The notes under the pieces are model-generated. The model did not search any database. It saw only the letters and a program-made list of their open reading frames with translations, and was not told the DNA's origin. Below, one piece after another: positions 54,126 through 64,000 of a DNA stretch of 64,000 nucleotides (the first letter of the stretch is position 1; every line of letters starts with the position of its first letter). This DNA comes from Octopus sinensis. Lineage: Eukaryota. The position numbers were made by a program, and so were the translations under genes. The DNA lies in contig NC_043003.1 in the NCBI RefSeq assembly GCF_006345805.1, positions 45,074,001 through 45,138,000 of the forward strand, given 5' to 3'.

Positions 54126-55481
54126 GAAGGCTAAAAGACTAACTGATTTAAGGTTATTGAGTGTATGCTTCTCATGTATGTTCTGACGCCGTGCTTTCTG
54201 AGTTATTTTTTGTTTTGTTTTCGTAATGAATTTCATGTTCACTACTAAAAATATTTCCTTGATATGCCTATTCCTTTGAACTCAAAACTCTGATGTTATC
54301 AATCACCATATATGTTTATTTATTTACAACACTTCATCGCAATTCGTCGTCGTCGTGGTCCTAATCATCATCATCTCAATCACCACCATCTACTACTGCT
54401 ACTATTGCTGCTGCTTCTACTGTTACTTACAACAACTACTGAAATTGCAAAAAGTAGCAGTAATAATAAATGTAGGATGTGTAATGGCGGTAGTAGATGT
54501 AGCGCCAGTAGCACCAGTACAACTCTGTTGTTTCTATCGAGAATTGTCTCTTTTCCAATAATGATATATAGAAATTTTGCCTTTCATATACTTTCCCTCA
54601 TATCCTAAAATAAACAGAAAACAAGTCTACGCTTCGCTTAAGCTTTAATTTCGAATGAAATTTTCAATGTTATTTTCTTCCATGTACACTACAAACTAAA
54701 CGTGAGAATGTTCCTTCCTAATCTGTACAGGCGGCACTATATATCTATTGTTCCAACCACAGCTGGCAGACTTGGTAATGTGTTCTGCTCTGGTCTTCAT
54801 CTAGTATTAATTAGAATTTTGGGTTACATATTACTGCAAATACTTTCTTAATGAATTAATTATTATAAGGAACCATTCGATGCAAATGAAGAAGATAGAA
54901 ACATCGAGGGATTGCAATTAACGTATCTCTCAACTTGCAAAGGTTTTGAGCAAAATGCTTGCTTCTTCACAGATCAATTACGCTAAATATCGAGAATGAT
55001 TAACAGAAAAGCCAAGAATATATATTTTAATAGATCACAGTCCTTTTCAAGACGTGAAATTGATTAATATTGTTGTTTATAGTTTGTTATTATATTTCTT
55101 ACTTAATTTCAACTTAACTCTCATTGAAAACATTCCAACTTAGATCACCTGATACTTAGCCAAATTAGGGAGTGTGTTGTCCTTTCTGTTTAAAATGGCG
55201 CTGTTGGATGTGACAGCTTCGCTGCAATGTCTCATATACCAAGCAATCATATAGAAGGAGTATCAATATTTTACATAGACAGAATATGTAGCGAACCCCA
55301 AAATGAAAAAAATTATCGGTAAGTGTAAAAATAGATATAGTACAGATAACAATCACAGAGTTATTGAATACATAAGGGTACATGATTAGATATTGAAATC
55401 TTTAAACGCATCTTAAATCATACTAAAATAATAAATAGTGATTGAGATAAATTTTGTTGGAGAAATTGTGCGAGATGGAAA

Positions 55482-55527
55482 TTATTATCATACAAATTAT
55501 TATCATACAAATTATTATCATACAAGC
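55482..55527. repeat. 15-bp minisatellite AATTATTATCATACA x3
   Basis: Direct inspection. Confidence 0.85.
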
Positions 55528-55560
55528 TCAGGACAGTATCAACACCGCGAGTATCGTTGA

Positions 55561-55562
55561 CT

Positions 55563-55629
<67 letters not shown>

Positions 55630-55670
55630 GCTACTGCTGCTGCTACCGCTGCTGCTGCTTCTACTACTGT
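55561..55670. repeat. (CTA)n/(CTG)n tract
   Basis: Direct inspection. Explains the poly-Leu ORF 55454-55753. Confidence 0.95.
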
Positions 55671-55679
55671 TGCCATTAT

Positions 55680-56788
55680 CGTGCTGCAGGTTGAGGAAAA
55701 GAAAAAGAGTAGCGGGGTTACATACTCACCTTGAGCTGTTGGCAGCCCAGTGACCCGGGTTCCAGATCAGGTTCCTCTGGGAAACCGACTAAGAACCCTT
55801 TCGTGGTGCGAACGTTTGGCCTTGCCACGTTATGCGGGGGAAATCCTCTGAATCTCTTTGTATGCTTTGAAGTGTAACTGAATTAACAAAAGCTGATCTG
55901 GAAAACTAAGTGTGCTGGTGGCGTGAATTGCACATTCTCACTCAACTGCCTTGTTTTGGGCTATGAGAGGCAACAAATTTTTGTCGGCTCTCCCACGAGC
56001 ACATAATTCAGTGTTTCCATATTGGTAGTGTGCGCATGTTGGTGTGAGTGTACGCTTGAAAGAGAGGGTGAGAGAGGGCTGGTTTGACAGGTAACCTAGG
56101 TTGTTTTCTCCATTGTATGGTGGTGCTGGAGATGGGGCTACCGTTTTACTAAAAGGTCTTTGTTGTTGCTCTTGCTATTGCTGGGGGTGCAATGTTGGCT
56201 ACAGGTGTGGCTACGTACCTCCCAACATTTGGGGGCAGAATGCTCTGAGGTAGCTTGTAACCTCACAGATGTTGCGGCTGAGCCTTCTGCTTTCCACGAC
56301 GACACGCAGTTCGCTGGGCAGCTGCACTAGGTCCAGGACCTTCTCGGTGTTTTCTGGTTGTACATGGATCAATATTTCTAAGCTGATCACACACCAGCTC
56401 TCCCTGCTGCTTCTTTTTAAATCCAGGAGCGACTTTGGGTCTTGAACCATACAAGCGACAATCCAGAAGACGTTTACCACCCGGTGATACGCCATTTACT
56501 CTGATTCTGATTCTTCTCTTTGAAAGGTAGGTGGGATACAGGATCCACTCCTCAGTTCACCGGAATGACACTGCGTATCTTCGTGCGATGTTCTCACTTT
56601 TAAAGAGAACCTCAGTACTGACACACTGCCTCCCACTCTGTATATGGGGGCCTTCTCAACATCACTGATGGACGCTATTTCAGCCCTCTGAGTTTTACGT
56701 GATACGCGTATGAAAGAATTAGACCTCCTCTCATTTGCCGCTATTATTTCGGGAGGTAAGAACACTGCGGCCGTAGCACCTTCAAATT
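55680..56788 (-). mobile_element. Probable decayed LINE ORF1-like segment (GC-richer, frameshifted)
   Basis: Consecutive partial frames (AVFLPPEIIAANERRSNSF...; ...FLVGFPEEPDLEPGSLGCQQLKVSM*) abut a CR1 3' end. The assignment is inference only; no diagnostic motif. Confidence 0.3.
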
Positions 56789-57020
56789 TGCGACGATTTC
56801 ATCTCAATCGGAGGAGAGGGGCATTCTCCGTCCGGGTTGCGGATCCGTGGAATAAGCTGCCGGACGAGATAGTGAAGATGCCGACTACCGCTTGGTTCAA
56901 AGTCTCTCTTGATCAGAAATGGCCTGAGCTCTTTGCATGAACACCCTCCCTGTACATAACTCCATGTCCCCCTACATGGCCTTACTTTTTGCTTTTTGAG
57001 CCAAAACATTAACTTAACTT
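56789..57020 (+). mobile_element. CR1-like LINE extreme 3' end (ORF2 C-terminus, 3' UTR, short tandem tail)
   Basis: RRFHLNRRRGAFSVRVADPWNKLPDEIVK...FKVSLD matches the CR1 ORF2 terminus (FSxRVxxxWNxLP...FKxxLD). Ends ...TTAACTTAACTTAA. Confidence 0.8.
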
Positions 57021-57849
57021 AATATTTTGCTTTTGTGAGTTCATGTTTTACCATCGAGTGGTATGTTCATTACAACAGCATACCTTTTATTTTTGTTATT
57101 GTTTTTTTGTCGATGTCGTTGTCGTCGTCGTTGTTGTTCTTGCTGCTGTTGCTGTTGGTGGTAGTGATAGAATTGCAACTCCCAACACCACCGTCACCAT
57201 TATTTTCTTCCTCTCCGCCTTCGATGTGAGCATTATCTTTTTTATCCGCTAAAAGCCGTTGCATTTTTAAAGAAAGTACTATCTCTGCTACTACTGTCTC
57301 AGCCACCGCTCCTGCTGCTGTTGCTGTTTCTGGCGTTGTTGTTGTTGTTACCACAACTACTACTGCCACGGCTGCTCACGCCGCCGCCGCTGTCATTGCT
57401 ACCATTCATGCTGTAACTATGTACTTTTACACCTTCACTTTTCTCCTCCGTTTCTCCTTTATTATTGCCAGTTAGGGAGGGAAAGGGGAGAAAAATCCGC
57501 AGCAATAGCTAGAATTGCGGTAATTGCAGGTCTTCCCTTAACTCTTTCAAGATGCGCTCGGCCATCTTGTTGAATTGTAAGTGATTACACGCCCTCTGAA
57601 ATTATTTGGTGGGTCGAATATGGCCCCGCGAGGGGCTAAAAGAAACACAGAAAAACCAGTGACGGGTTACTGGTGTCTATATTATAAAAACAGCTTTTCT
57701 CAAATAGATTCAAATTGAACGAAACAGCGTCACCAGACTGCTGCAAACAAATGTTTTAAAAACGAACTTATTTGGAGCGTTCGAAGACACGTCCGATGTC
57801 AACAACAACAACAACAACAACAACAGCAATAATGATAATGATAATAATC

Positions 57850-58060
57850 CCTTCTACTATAGGCACAAGGCCTGAAATTTGTGAGAGGGAGCTAGTCGAT
57901 GGCATCAACCCCAGTCCGTAACTGGTACTTATTTCAACGACTCCGAAAAGATGAAAGGCAAAGTCGAACTCGGTGAAATTTGGACTAACAACGTGAAGAC
58001 CGACGAAATGCCACTAGGCATCTTCTCCAACGTGCTATCGATTCTGCCAGCTCACTGACT
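57850..58060 (-). mobile_element. SINE family B
   Basis: GGCACAAGGCCTGAAATT...GAAAAGATGAAAGGCAAAGTCGAACTCGG...CTGCCAGCTC. Confidence 0.85.
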
Positions 58061-58064
58061 TTGT

Positions 58065-58144
58065 AATAATAATAATAATAAGAAGAATAAGAAGAAGAAG
58101 AAAAAGAAGAAGAAAAAGAAGAAGAAGAAGAAGAAGAAGAAGAA

Positions 58145-58182
<38 letters not shown>

Positions 58183-58183
58183 A

Positions 58184-58260
<77 letters not shown>

Positions 58261-58348
58261 GTAATAGTAATAGTAATAGTAATAATAATAATAATAAATA
58301 ATAATAATAATAATAAAAATAATAATAGTAATAATATTGATAATAATA

Positions 58349-58383
<35 letters not shown>

Positions 58384-58398
58384 AATAATAATAATAAT
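58065..58398. repeat. Compound (AAT)n/(AAG)n/(TAG)n/(GAT)n tract
   Basis: Direct inspection. Confidence 0.95.
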
Positions 58399-58399
58399 G

Positions 58400-58950
58400 C
58401 GCTAGTGCGGTACCAGGCAGTGGCTCTCTTGGCTTCTGATCTTAACTGATTGGAAGTGTTATCATGAACATTGTTTTGTGTTGTTGTAAAAGATGGGTTA
58501 CAGCAAATATTCTGCTCAATACCACAGATTTGCTTACTAGTTGTTTGACCTTAACCAGTTGAGCATGTTCCTTACTGGCTGACGATATGTGCATCTCTGA
58601 TCACAAGCAGAAGTAGTTGGGGAGCATCATAGCCGTCTGTTGAAAGAAATTCTTTGAGGTTTGGATAATTCACCTTTCGAAACATGGGTGGTTCATTCAA
58701 CATCCTTAAACAATCCTTATTCAGGGACCTTTTGAACGAGATGCGCTACTCGAGCAGAAGAAAATTCTAACTGGGCCCCACCTGGAAGTTCATGTGCTGT
58801 TCATCTTGATATGAGATCAACATGTCGCGCACATATGGTTTTGATGCGATTGCCTGGTGTACCCTTATCAGAAGGGTTGTCATGATGGGTATTCTGGGCT
58901 TCGTATATTTTACCCTTGTTACTTTGATGGCATGCATTGCTCTCTCACTC
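58400..58950 (+). mobile_element. Non-coding retroposon/LINE 3' region ending in an (AAT)n tail
   Basis: Unique-composition block ending ...GCTCTCTCACTC immediately followed by (AAT)n. Resembles a common cephalopod repeat as recalled. Confidence 0.5.
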
Positions 58951-59012
<62 letters not shown>

Positions 59013-59013
59013 A

Positions 59014-59100
<87 letters not shown>
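58951..59100. repeat. (AAT)n tract
   Basis: Direct inspection. Confidence 0.95.
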
Positions 59101-59102
<2 letters not shown>

Positions 59103-59522
59103 AGATGAGGATGATGATCGTAATGGTAATAAGTACCATAATCCTCATCATAATCGACGACTCTATCGTTATAGTTGATGACGAATAACAATTCCTCAAC
59201 AAGAAATATTCGTCACACTTGTCACAATCATATCATTACCATGAACAGAACCAGTAACTAACTATTTCCCTTCTAATTATCACAATTCTTAACATGAATA
59301 TTATCTCCGTCAATTTTTATGAATATCAATATTACCATGGTAACCATGACTTATATCGAAACCAAATTCAACAATATCAAGCAACATTACTCCTAATGAA
59401 GATGGAAGTCAGCAAAGAAAAATCTACCTCTAATCCACATGATCCACGTTCACCAACAGTATGCTAATGAAATAATTCATCTTTCAGTAATAATAACAAA
59501 AATAGATGATATGCATAGACAC

Positions 59523-59557
<35 letters not shown>

Positions 59558-59691
59558 AAAATAGTAAAGTGTGAAAAAACGACAGAAGGCTTAAATGTTA
59601 AAAAATATATATATTTGTGTCAAAATGTCTGGAGAATATTGGAAAATTTTTTTTTCCCTTTCCTTAAAATGACATAATTTTAAAATTTTTA

Positions 59692-59731
59692 AAGAAATTA
59701 CCGGTTTCGCGTGTAGCTTTTCAAATTTCTT
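59692..59731 (-). ncRNA. Minimal type I hammerhead ribozyme, U3-A8 variant (mirror copy)
   Basis: Exact reverse complement of 61136-61175. Confidence 0.65.
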
Positions 59732-59866
59732 GTGACGTTATGTTTATATTGCATGGAATTATCGTTGTTTTTATTTCCAGGAGATTTCTAAATAAGGGGA
59801 GGTAGTGAGTGATTTTTTCCGGTGTAGGGGAGATAATCGCTTAAATTTTTTTTTCCCTTTTCCTTG

Positions 59867-60359
59867 TTAATTTCTCTGTGTCAGTATGTTCGGATGGTTG
59901 AGTCTGGGTTTGTACTTTTCAATGAAGAATGTTTCCTTGTTCAGTCTCATTTGTGTTGATGATCCGAAAGCACATTGGTAAAATGGGAAGATTAAAAATT
60001 GTGGCAGTAGTTGCTTTGCGCATTTCTCAATGTGCTCACTAAAAGGTATCATTCTATATTCTGGGAATACAATCTGTTGTCGATGCAGTGTGCATCTGCG
60101 CCTGAGTGATAGTCCCGTGGAATCCACGTAGTCTTGGTGGCAGCCCGAGCATTTAATAACATAAATTATGTTTTCAGAGGCACAAGTAAAGTTAGATTTG
60201 ATCTTAAATTTCTGTCCCTCTTTAAAGAAGAATTCTGATCCTTCCAATAGGTTAGGACATGTTGCACAGTTCGATCTACCACATTTTTTTACTTTTGCAT
60301 CCGTAATTTTAGAAGACAATTTGATGATGGTGAAGGCTTCTTTGTTTCTGGGGTTGTAT
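59867..60359 (-). pseudogene. GIY-YIG endonuclease ORF, left copy (117-bp in-frame deletion; YVG to YVD; IAF to IVF)
   Basis: ORF track 59867-60319, extendable to YNPRNKEAFTII-KLSSK across the deletion junction. Confidence 0.75.
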
Positions 60360-60366
60360 TTCCCCG

Positions 60367-60999
60367 AAAATACTACCTTACATATCTACATACAACCCCA
60401 GAAACAAAGAAGCCTTCACCATCATCACCCAGAATTTACCAATACTTCATAAAAACCCAAAATTAAAGGAAATTCTAAACATACACCAAATCATTAAAAG
60501 CTACAAACAGCCTAAATCACTTAAAAAGATTCTCACAAAGGCAAAATTGTCTTCTAAAATTACGGATGCAAAAGTAAAAAAATGTGGTAGATCGAACTGT
60601 GCAACATGTCCTAACCTATTGGAAGGATCAGAATTCTTCTTTAAAGAGGGACAGAAATTTAAGATCAAATCTAACTTTACTTGTGCCTCTGAAAACATAA
60701 TTTATGTTATTAAATGCTCGGGCTGCCACCAAGACTACGTGGGTTCCACAGGACTATCACTCAGGCGCAGATGCACACTGCATCGACAACAGATTGCATT
60801 CCCAGAATATAGAATGATACCTTTTAGTGAGCACATTGAGAAATGCGCAAAGCAACTACTGCCACAATTTTTAATCTTCCCATTTTACCAATGTGCTTTC
60901 GGATCATCAACACAAATGAGACTGAACAAGGAAACATTCTTCATTGAAAAGTACAAACCCAGACTCAACCATCCGAACATACTGACACAGAGAAATTAA
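60367..60999 (+). CDS. Uninterrupted PLE linker plus Cys-motif plus GIY-YIG endonuclease reading frame (about 210 aa, 5'-truncated, no RT)
   Basis: KILPYISTYNPRNKEAF...IIKSYKQPKSLKKILTKAK...KCGRSNCATCPNL...FTCASENIIYVIKCSGCHQDYVGSTGLSLRRRCTLHRQQI...RLNKETFFIEKYKPRLN. IIY-YVG corresponds to GIY-YIG. Confidence 0.85.
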   Translation, partial: KILPYISTYNPRNKEAFTIITQNLPILHKNPKLKEILNIHQIIKSYKQPKSLKKILTKAKLSSKITDAKVKKCGRSNCATCPNLLEGSEFFFKEGQKFKIKSNFTCASENIIYVIKCSGCHQDYVGSTGLSLRRRCTLHRQQIAFPEYRMIPFSEHIEKCAKQLLPQFLIFPFYQCAFGSSTQMRLNKETFFIEKYKPRLNHPNILTQRN

Positions 61000-61135
61000 C
61001 AAGGAAAAGGGAAAAAAAAAATTTAAGCGATTATCTCCCCTACACCGGAAAAAATCACTCACTACCTCCCCTTATTTAGAAATCTCCTGGAAATAAAAAC
61101 AACGATAATTCCATGCAATATAAACATAACGTCAC

Positions 61136-61175
61136 AAGAAATTTGAAAAGCTACACGCGAAACCGGTAATTTCTT
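61136..61175 (+). ncRNA. Minimal type I hammerhead ribozyme, U3-A8 variant
   Basis: aagaaat UUGAAAA gc-tacac-gc GAAAC CG GUA atttctt. Perfect 7-bp stem I, 2-bp stem II, palindromic ACCGGU stem III, predicted cleavage 3' of A61168. Confidence 0.7.
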
Positions 61176-61351
61176 TAAAAATTTTAAAATTATGTCATTT
61201 TAAGGAAAGGGAAAAAAAAATTTTCCAATATTCTCCAGACATTTTGACACAAATATATATATTTTTTAACATTTAAGCCTTCTGTCGTTTTTTCACACTT
61301 TACTATTTTCTTATATATTCACCTACGTGCTTTACCAAACAAACCTTCTTA

Positions 61352-61390
<39 letters not shown>

Positions 61391-61395
<5 letters not shown>

Positions 61396-62624
61396 AATTA
61401 TTAGAGAGTGGATAACTATGTGGATAACTCTAATGCTAAAAATAGCTCCGATAGTATAGCAACAGAAAAAAGATGTATCCAACTAGAATTAACATACATT
61501 TAACGGAAGGAAAGTGAAATATAACAAATAAATAGATTGACCCTGAACAAATTGTTTTATTACTAATGTAATATGTAGTTTTACTTACATACACATCTAT
61601 AAATCTTCAGCAGAGGTTTGTCTTAAATACAATTAATTAGATCGACCCGAGCGTCAAAAACACGAGCGGTTTAACGAATTGCATTTTTAGTTATGCCTCA
61701 AATTCCGCGCCAAAAGCATGCCAGGACTCCATTGGAAACGTATGCCGCATCAAATAAAATATTTACTGCCGCATAGTTAAATTTATAAATTTATAAATGA
61801 GGGTGGAAAATTTATATTAATTTAATAATACCATTAATTTAACACCGAGTGGCTTAGCACAAAAACTACGGAGAAAATACAAATTTATACATAAATTATT
61901 AGAGAGTTAACCACTATGTGGATAACTCTAGTGCTAAAAATAGCTCCGATAGTATAGCCACAGAAAAAAAGATGTTTCCAACTAGAATTAACATACATTT
62001 AACGGAAGGAAAGTGAAATATAACGAATAAATAGATTGACCCTGAACAAATTGTTTCATTACTAATGTAATTTTTGATTGATTGATTGATTTTAGTTTCA
62101 GCTCATGAGCTGTGGCCATGCTGGGGCACTACTTACATACACATCTATAAATCTTCGGCAGAGGTTTGTCTTAAATGCAATTAATTAGATCGACCCGAGC
62201 GTCAAAACGAATTGCATTTTTAGTTATGCATAACTAAAAATGCAATTCGTTAAACCGCTCGTGTTTTTGACGCTCCGGTCGATCTAATTAATTGTATTTA
62301 AGACAAACCTCTGCTGAAGATTTATAGATGTGTATGTAAGTAAAACTACATATTACATTAGTAATAAAACAATTTGTTCAGGGTCAATCTATTTATTCGT
62401 TATATTTCACTTTCCTTCCGTTAAATGTATGTTAATTCTAGTTGGAAACATCTTTTTTCTGTTGCTATACTATCGGAGCTATTTTTAGCACTAGAGTTAT
62501 CCACATAGTGGTTAACTCTCTAATAATTTATGTATAAATTTGTATTTTCTCCGTAGTTTTTTGTGCTAAGCCACTCGGTGTTAAATTAATGGTATTATTA
62601 AATTAATATCAATTTTTCACCCTC

Positions 62625-62631
<7 letters not shown>
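61391..62631. repeat. 498-bp tandem unit (1 full plus 1 partial) followed by a spacer-less inverted copy
   Basis: ACATAAATTATTAGAGAG at 61391 and 61889. Palindrome centre TTATG|CATAA at 62228/62229. 62229-62631 mirrors about 61792-62228. Flanked by (TA)n. Confidence 0.9.
62071..62130 (-). mobile_element. 60-bp 5'-truncated retroposon tail inserted in unit 2
   Basis: Reverse complement AGTGCCCCAGCATGGCCACAGCTCATGAGCTGAAACTAAA(ATCA)n. Absent from unit 1 and from the inverted copy. Confidence 0.65.
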
Positions 62632-62704
<73 letters not shown>

Positions 62705-62863
62705 TAGATAGATACACACACACATATATATATACACGCACACATGCATGCATATACAACAAACACACGCAACATATGTGCTTTTGAATATATTCCTATA
62801 ACGAGTGAGCACAACGTTGTATGTGAATATATATATATATATATGTGTGTGTGTGTTGTCTTA

Positions 62864-62901
<38 letters not shown>

Positions 62902-64000
62902 TATTTGCGTGTGTATGATTTAGCTACTATATACAACTTGATGCAATGGTTTTTAGTTCCACGATGTGGCACATGCCTAGCGTATTTTGCTTATGAAGAA
63001 GCTTTCGTTTATTTCTATGTTTGTACAAATTCAGGTGCTTTGTACAGCGACCCCTAAGTGAATACAAGTTTTAACTGATTTTCTTTGCAATTGTAATATC
63101 AGATTTATATGCTAGATCCTACTGGAAGCACTCAGCGATTGACGAAACAATTAGCCAATGTCCGAGAGTCATATTTTTGCTTAGGTGAAGGCACGTTTAT
63201 ATAGCTTTTATGTTGTTAATGAACATCTACTTAAACATGTTGCTTAAACATGTATAGCTTATTTTTACACAATCCTTCTTAAATATTTTATTATATGCAT
63301 GTTCTGCAGAGAGGAGAGATTTTATGATAGCTGCATTTCTTTTGATTTAGAAACTGGCTGATCGATGCAGTTAAATTATTTTCTTTCATTACATTAGTTA
63401 AGTAGGGGGAATTGATGACGTTTTATTAAAAGTACTAGTGTTCATGGTGGCAGTGGGAGTAATGATAACAGAGAGAGAAAGAGTGGGTATGTGAGAGAAA
63501 GAAGTAAATCAGGTACAACTTTGCTTAACTGTGTCTCTGATAGAAATTCATGTCGCCAATATACTGAACACTATCATTTTTGTTTTATTTTTTTGTTTTC
63601 TTTAATACACACACACATGTATATATAATACACTTTAACTGAAATAAAGTTTCCCCAAAAGTAAATACATCTAATATAATAAATGTGAATGGCAGTGTGT
63701 TAGTGTGTCACATTTTTCAACTTTACAACTTTACTCCTGGAGGCCGTAGCCCAACGTATTATACCTTTTTGGATCACGTTGACTCCGTGAGTAAATTAAA
63801 AACATTTCGGGCCGAATCTGGACCCACAATCCTGAAATTTTGGATTCCCAAGTTTTCATTACTGTGATTGTTTTGGGCGAATCTTTACGAGCCTTTTGCG
63901 ACAAATTTATTTTTACGATAGCAATTTTTATAATCTAAACGCTAAGTCCGTGATTAAATCAAAAATATTCCGGACCGAACCCAGACCTGCAATCCTGAAA

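Larger units (their letters stand above)
59549..61318. mobile_element. Young head-to-head inverted duplication of a Neptune-type PLE 3' end (GIY-YIG plus 3' UTR/pseudo-LTR)
   Basis: 59549-60321 is the reverse complement of 60545-61318, with two substitutions and one homopolymer-length difference seen. Inner 38-bp IR at 60322-60359/60390-60427. Confidence 0.9.

Noticed and set aside
61715-61750. GCATGCCAGGACTCCATTGGAAACGTATGC as a possible HHR
   Set aside because: No CUGANGA or UUGANAA core and no G10.1-C11.1 pair.
62305-62360. CTGAAGA in the inverted arm of the 498-bp element
   Set aside because: No stem II-GAAA-NUH geometry downstream.

Overview
AT-rich, repeat-dominated animal genomic DNA. 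It is very probably Octopus or another cephalopod, judged from recalled SINE families and the extreme (TA)n/(CA)n/(ATGT)n/(AGAT)n load. I cannot support any intact host protein-coding gene, and most ORF-track entries are microsatellite translations. The window is a mosaic of tRNA-derived SINEs, decayed DNA transposons (Tc1, maT-like, mariner, Tigger/pogo), a Ty3/Gypsy pol remnant, HERO-like and CR1-like LINE ends, and many Penelope-like element (PLE) pieces of Neptune-type and Naiad-type. The most notable signal is a set of fold-back and tandem-plus-inverted elements sitting in (TA)n tracts, several carrying minimal type I hammerhead ribozyme (HHR) folds. These are: a 153-bp-arm palindrome with two canonical-core HHRs (27.9-28.2 kb); a 357-bp tandem, ORF-less, retrozyme-like element (19.6-20.25 kb); and a very young 1.77-kb inverted duplication of a GIY-YIG endonuclease ORF plus 3' region (59.5-61.3 kb). 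The last two are unrelated in sequence, yet both carry the non-canonical core UUGANAA, a compensatory U3-A8 version of the C3-G8 pair. A fourth element (498-bp unit, 61.4-62.6 kb) has the same architecture but no recognisable ribozyme. All analysis was done by eye, so boundaries of degenerate elements are approximate.
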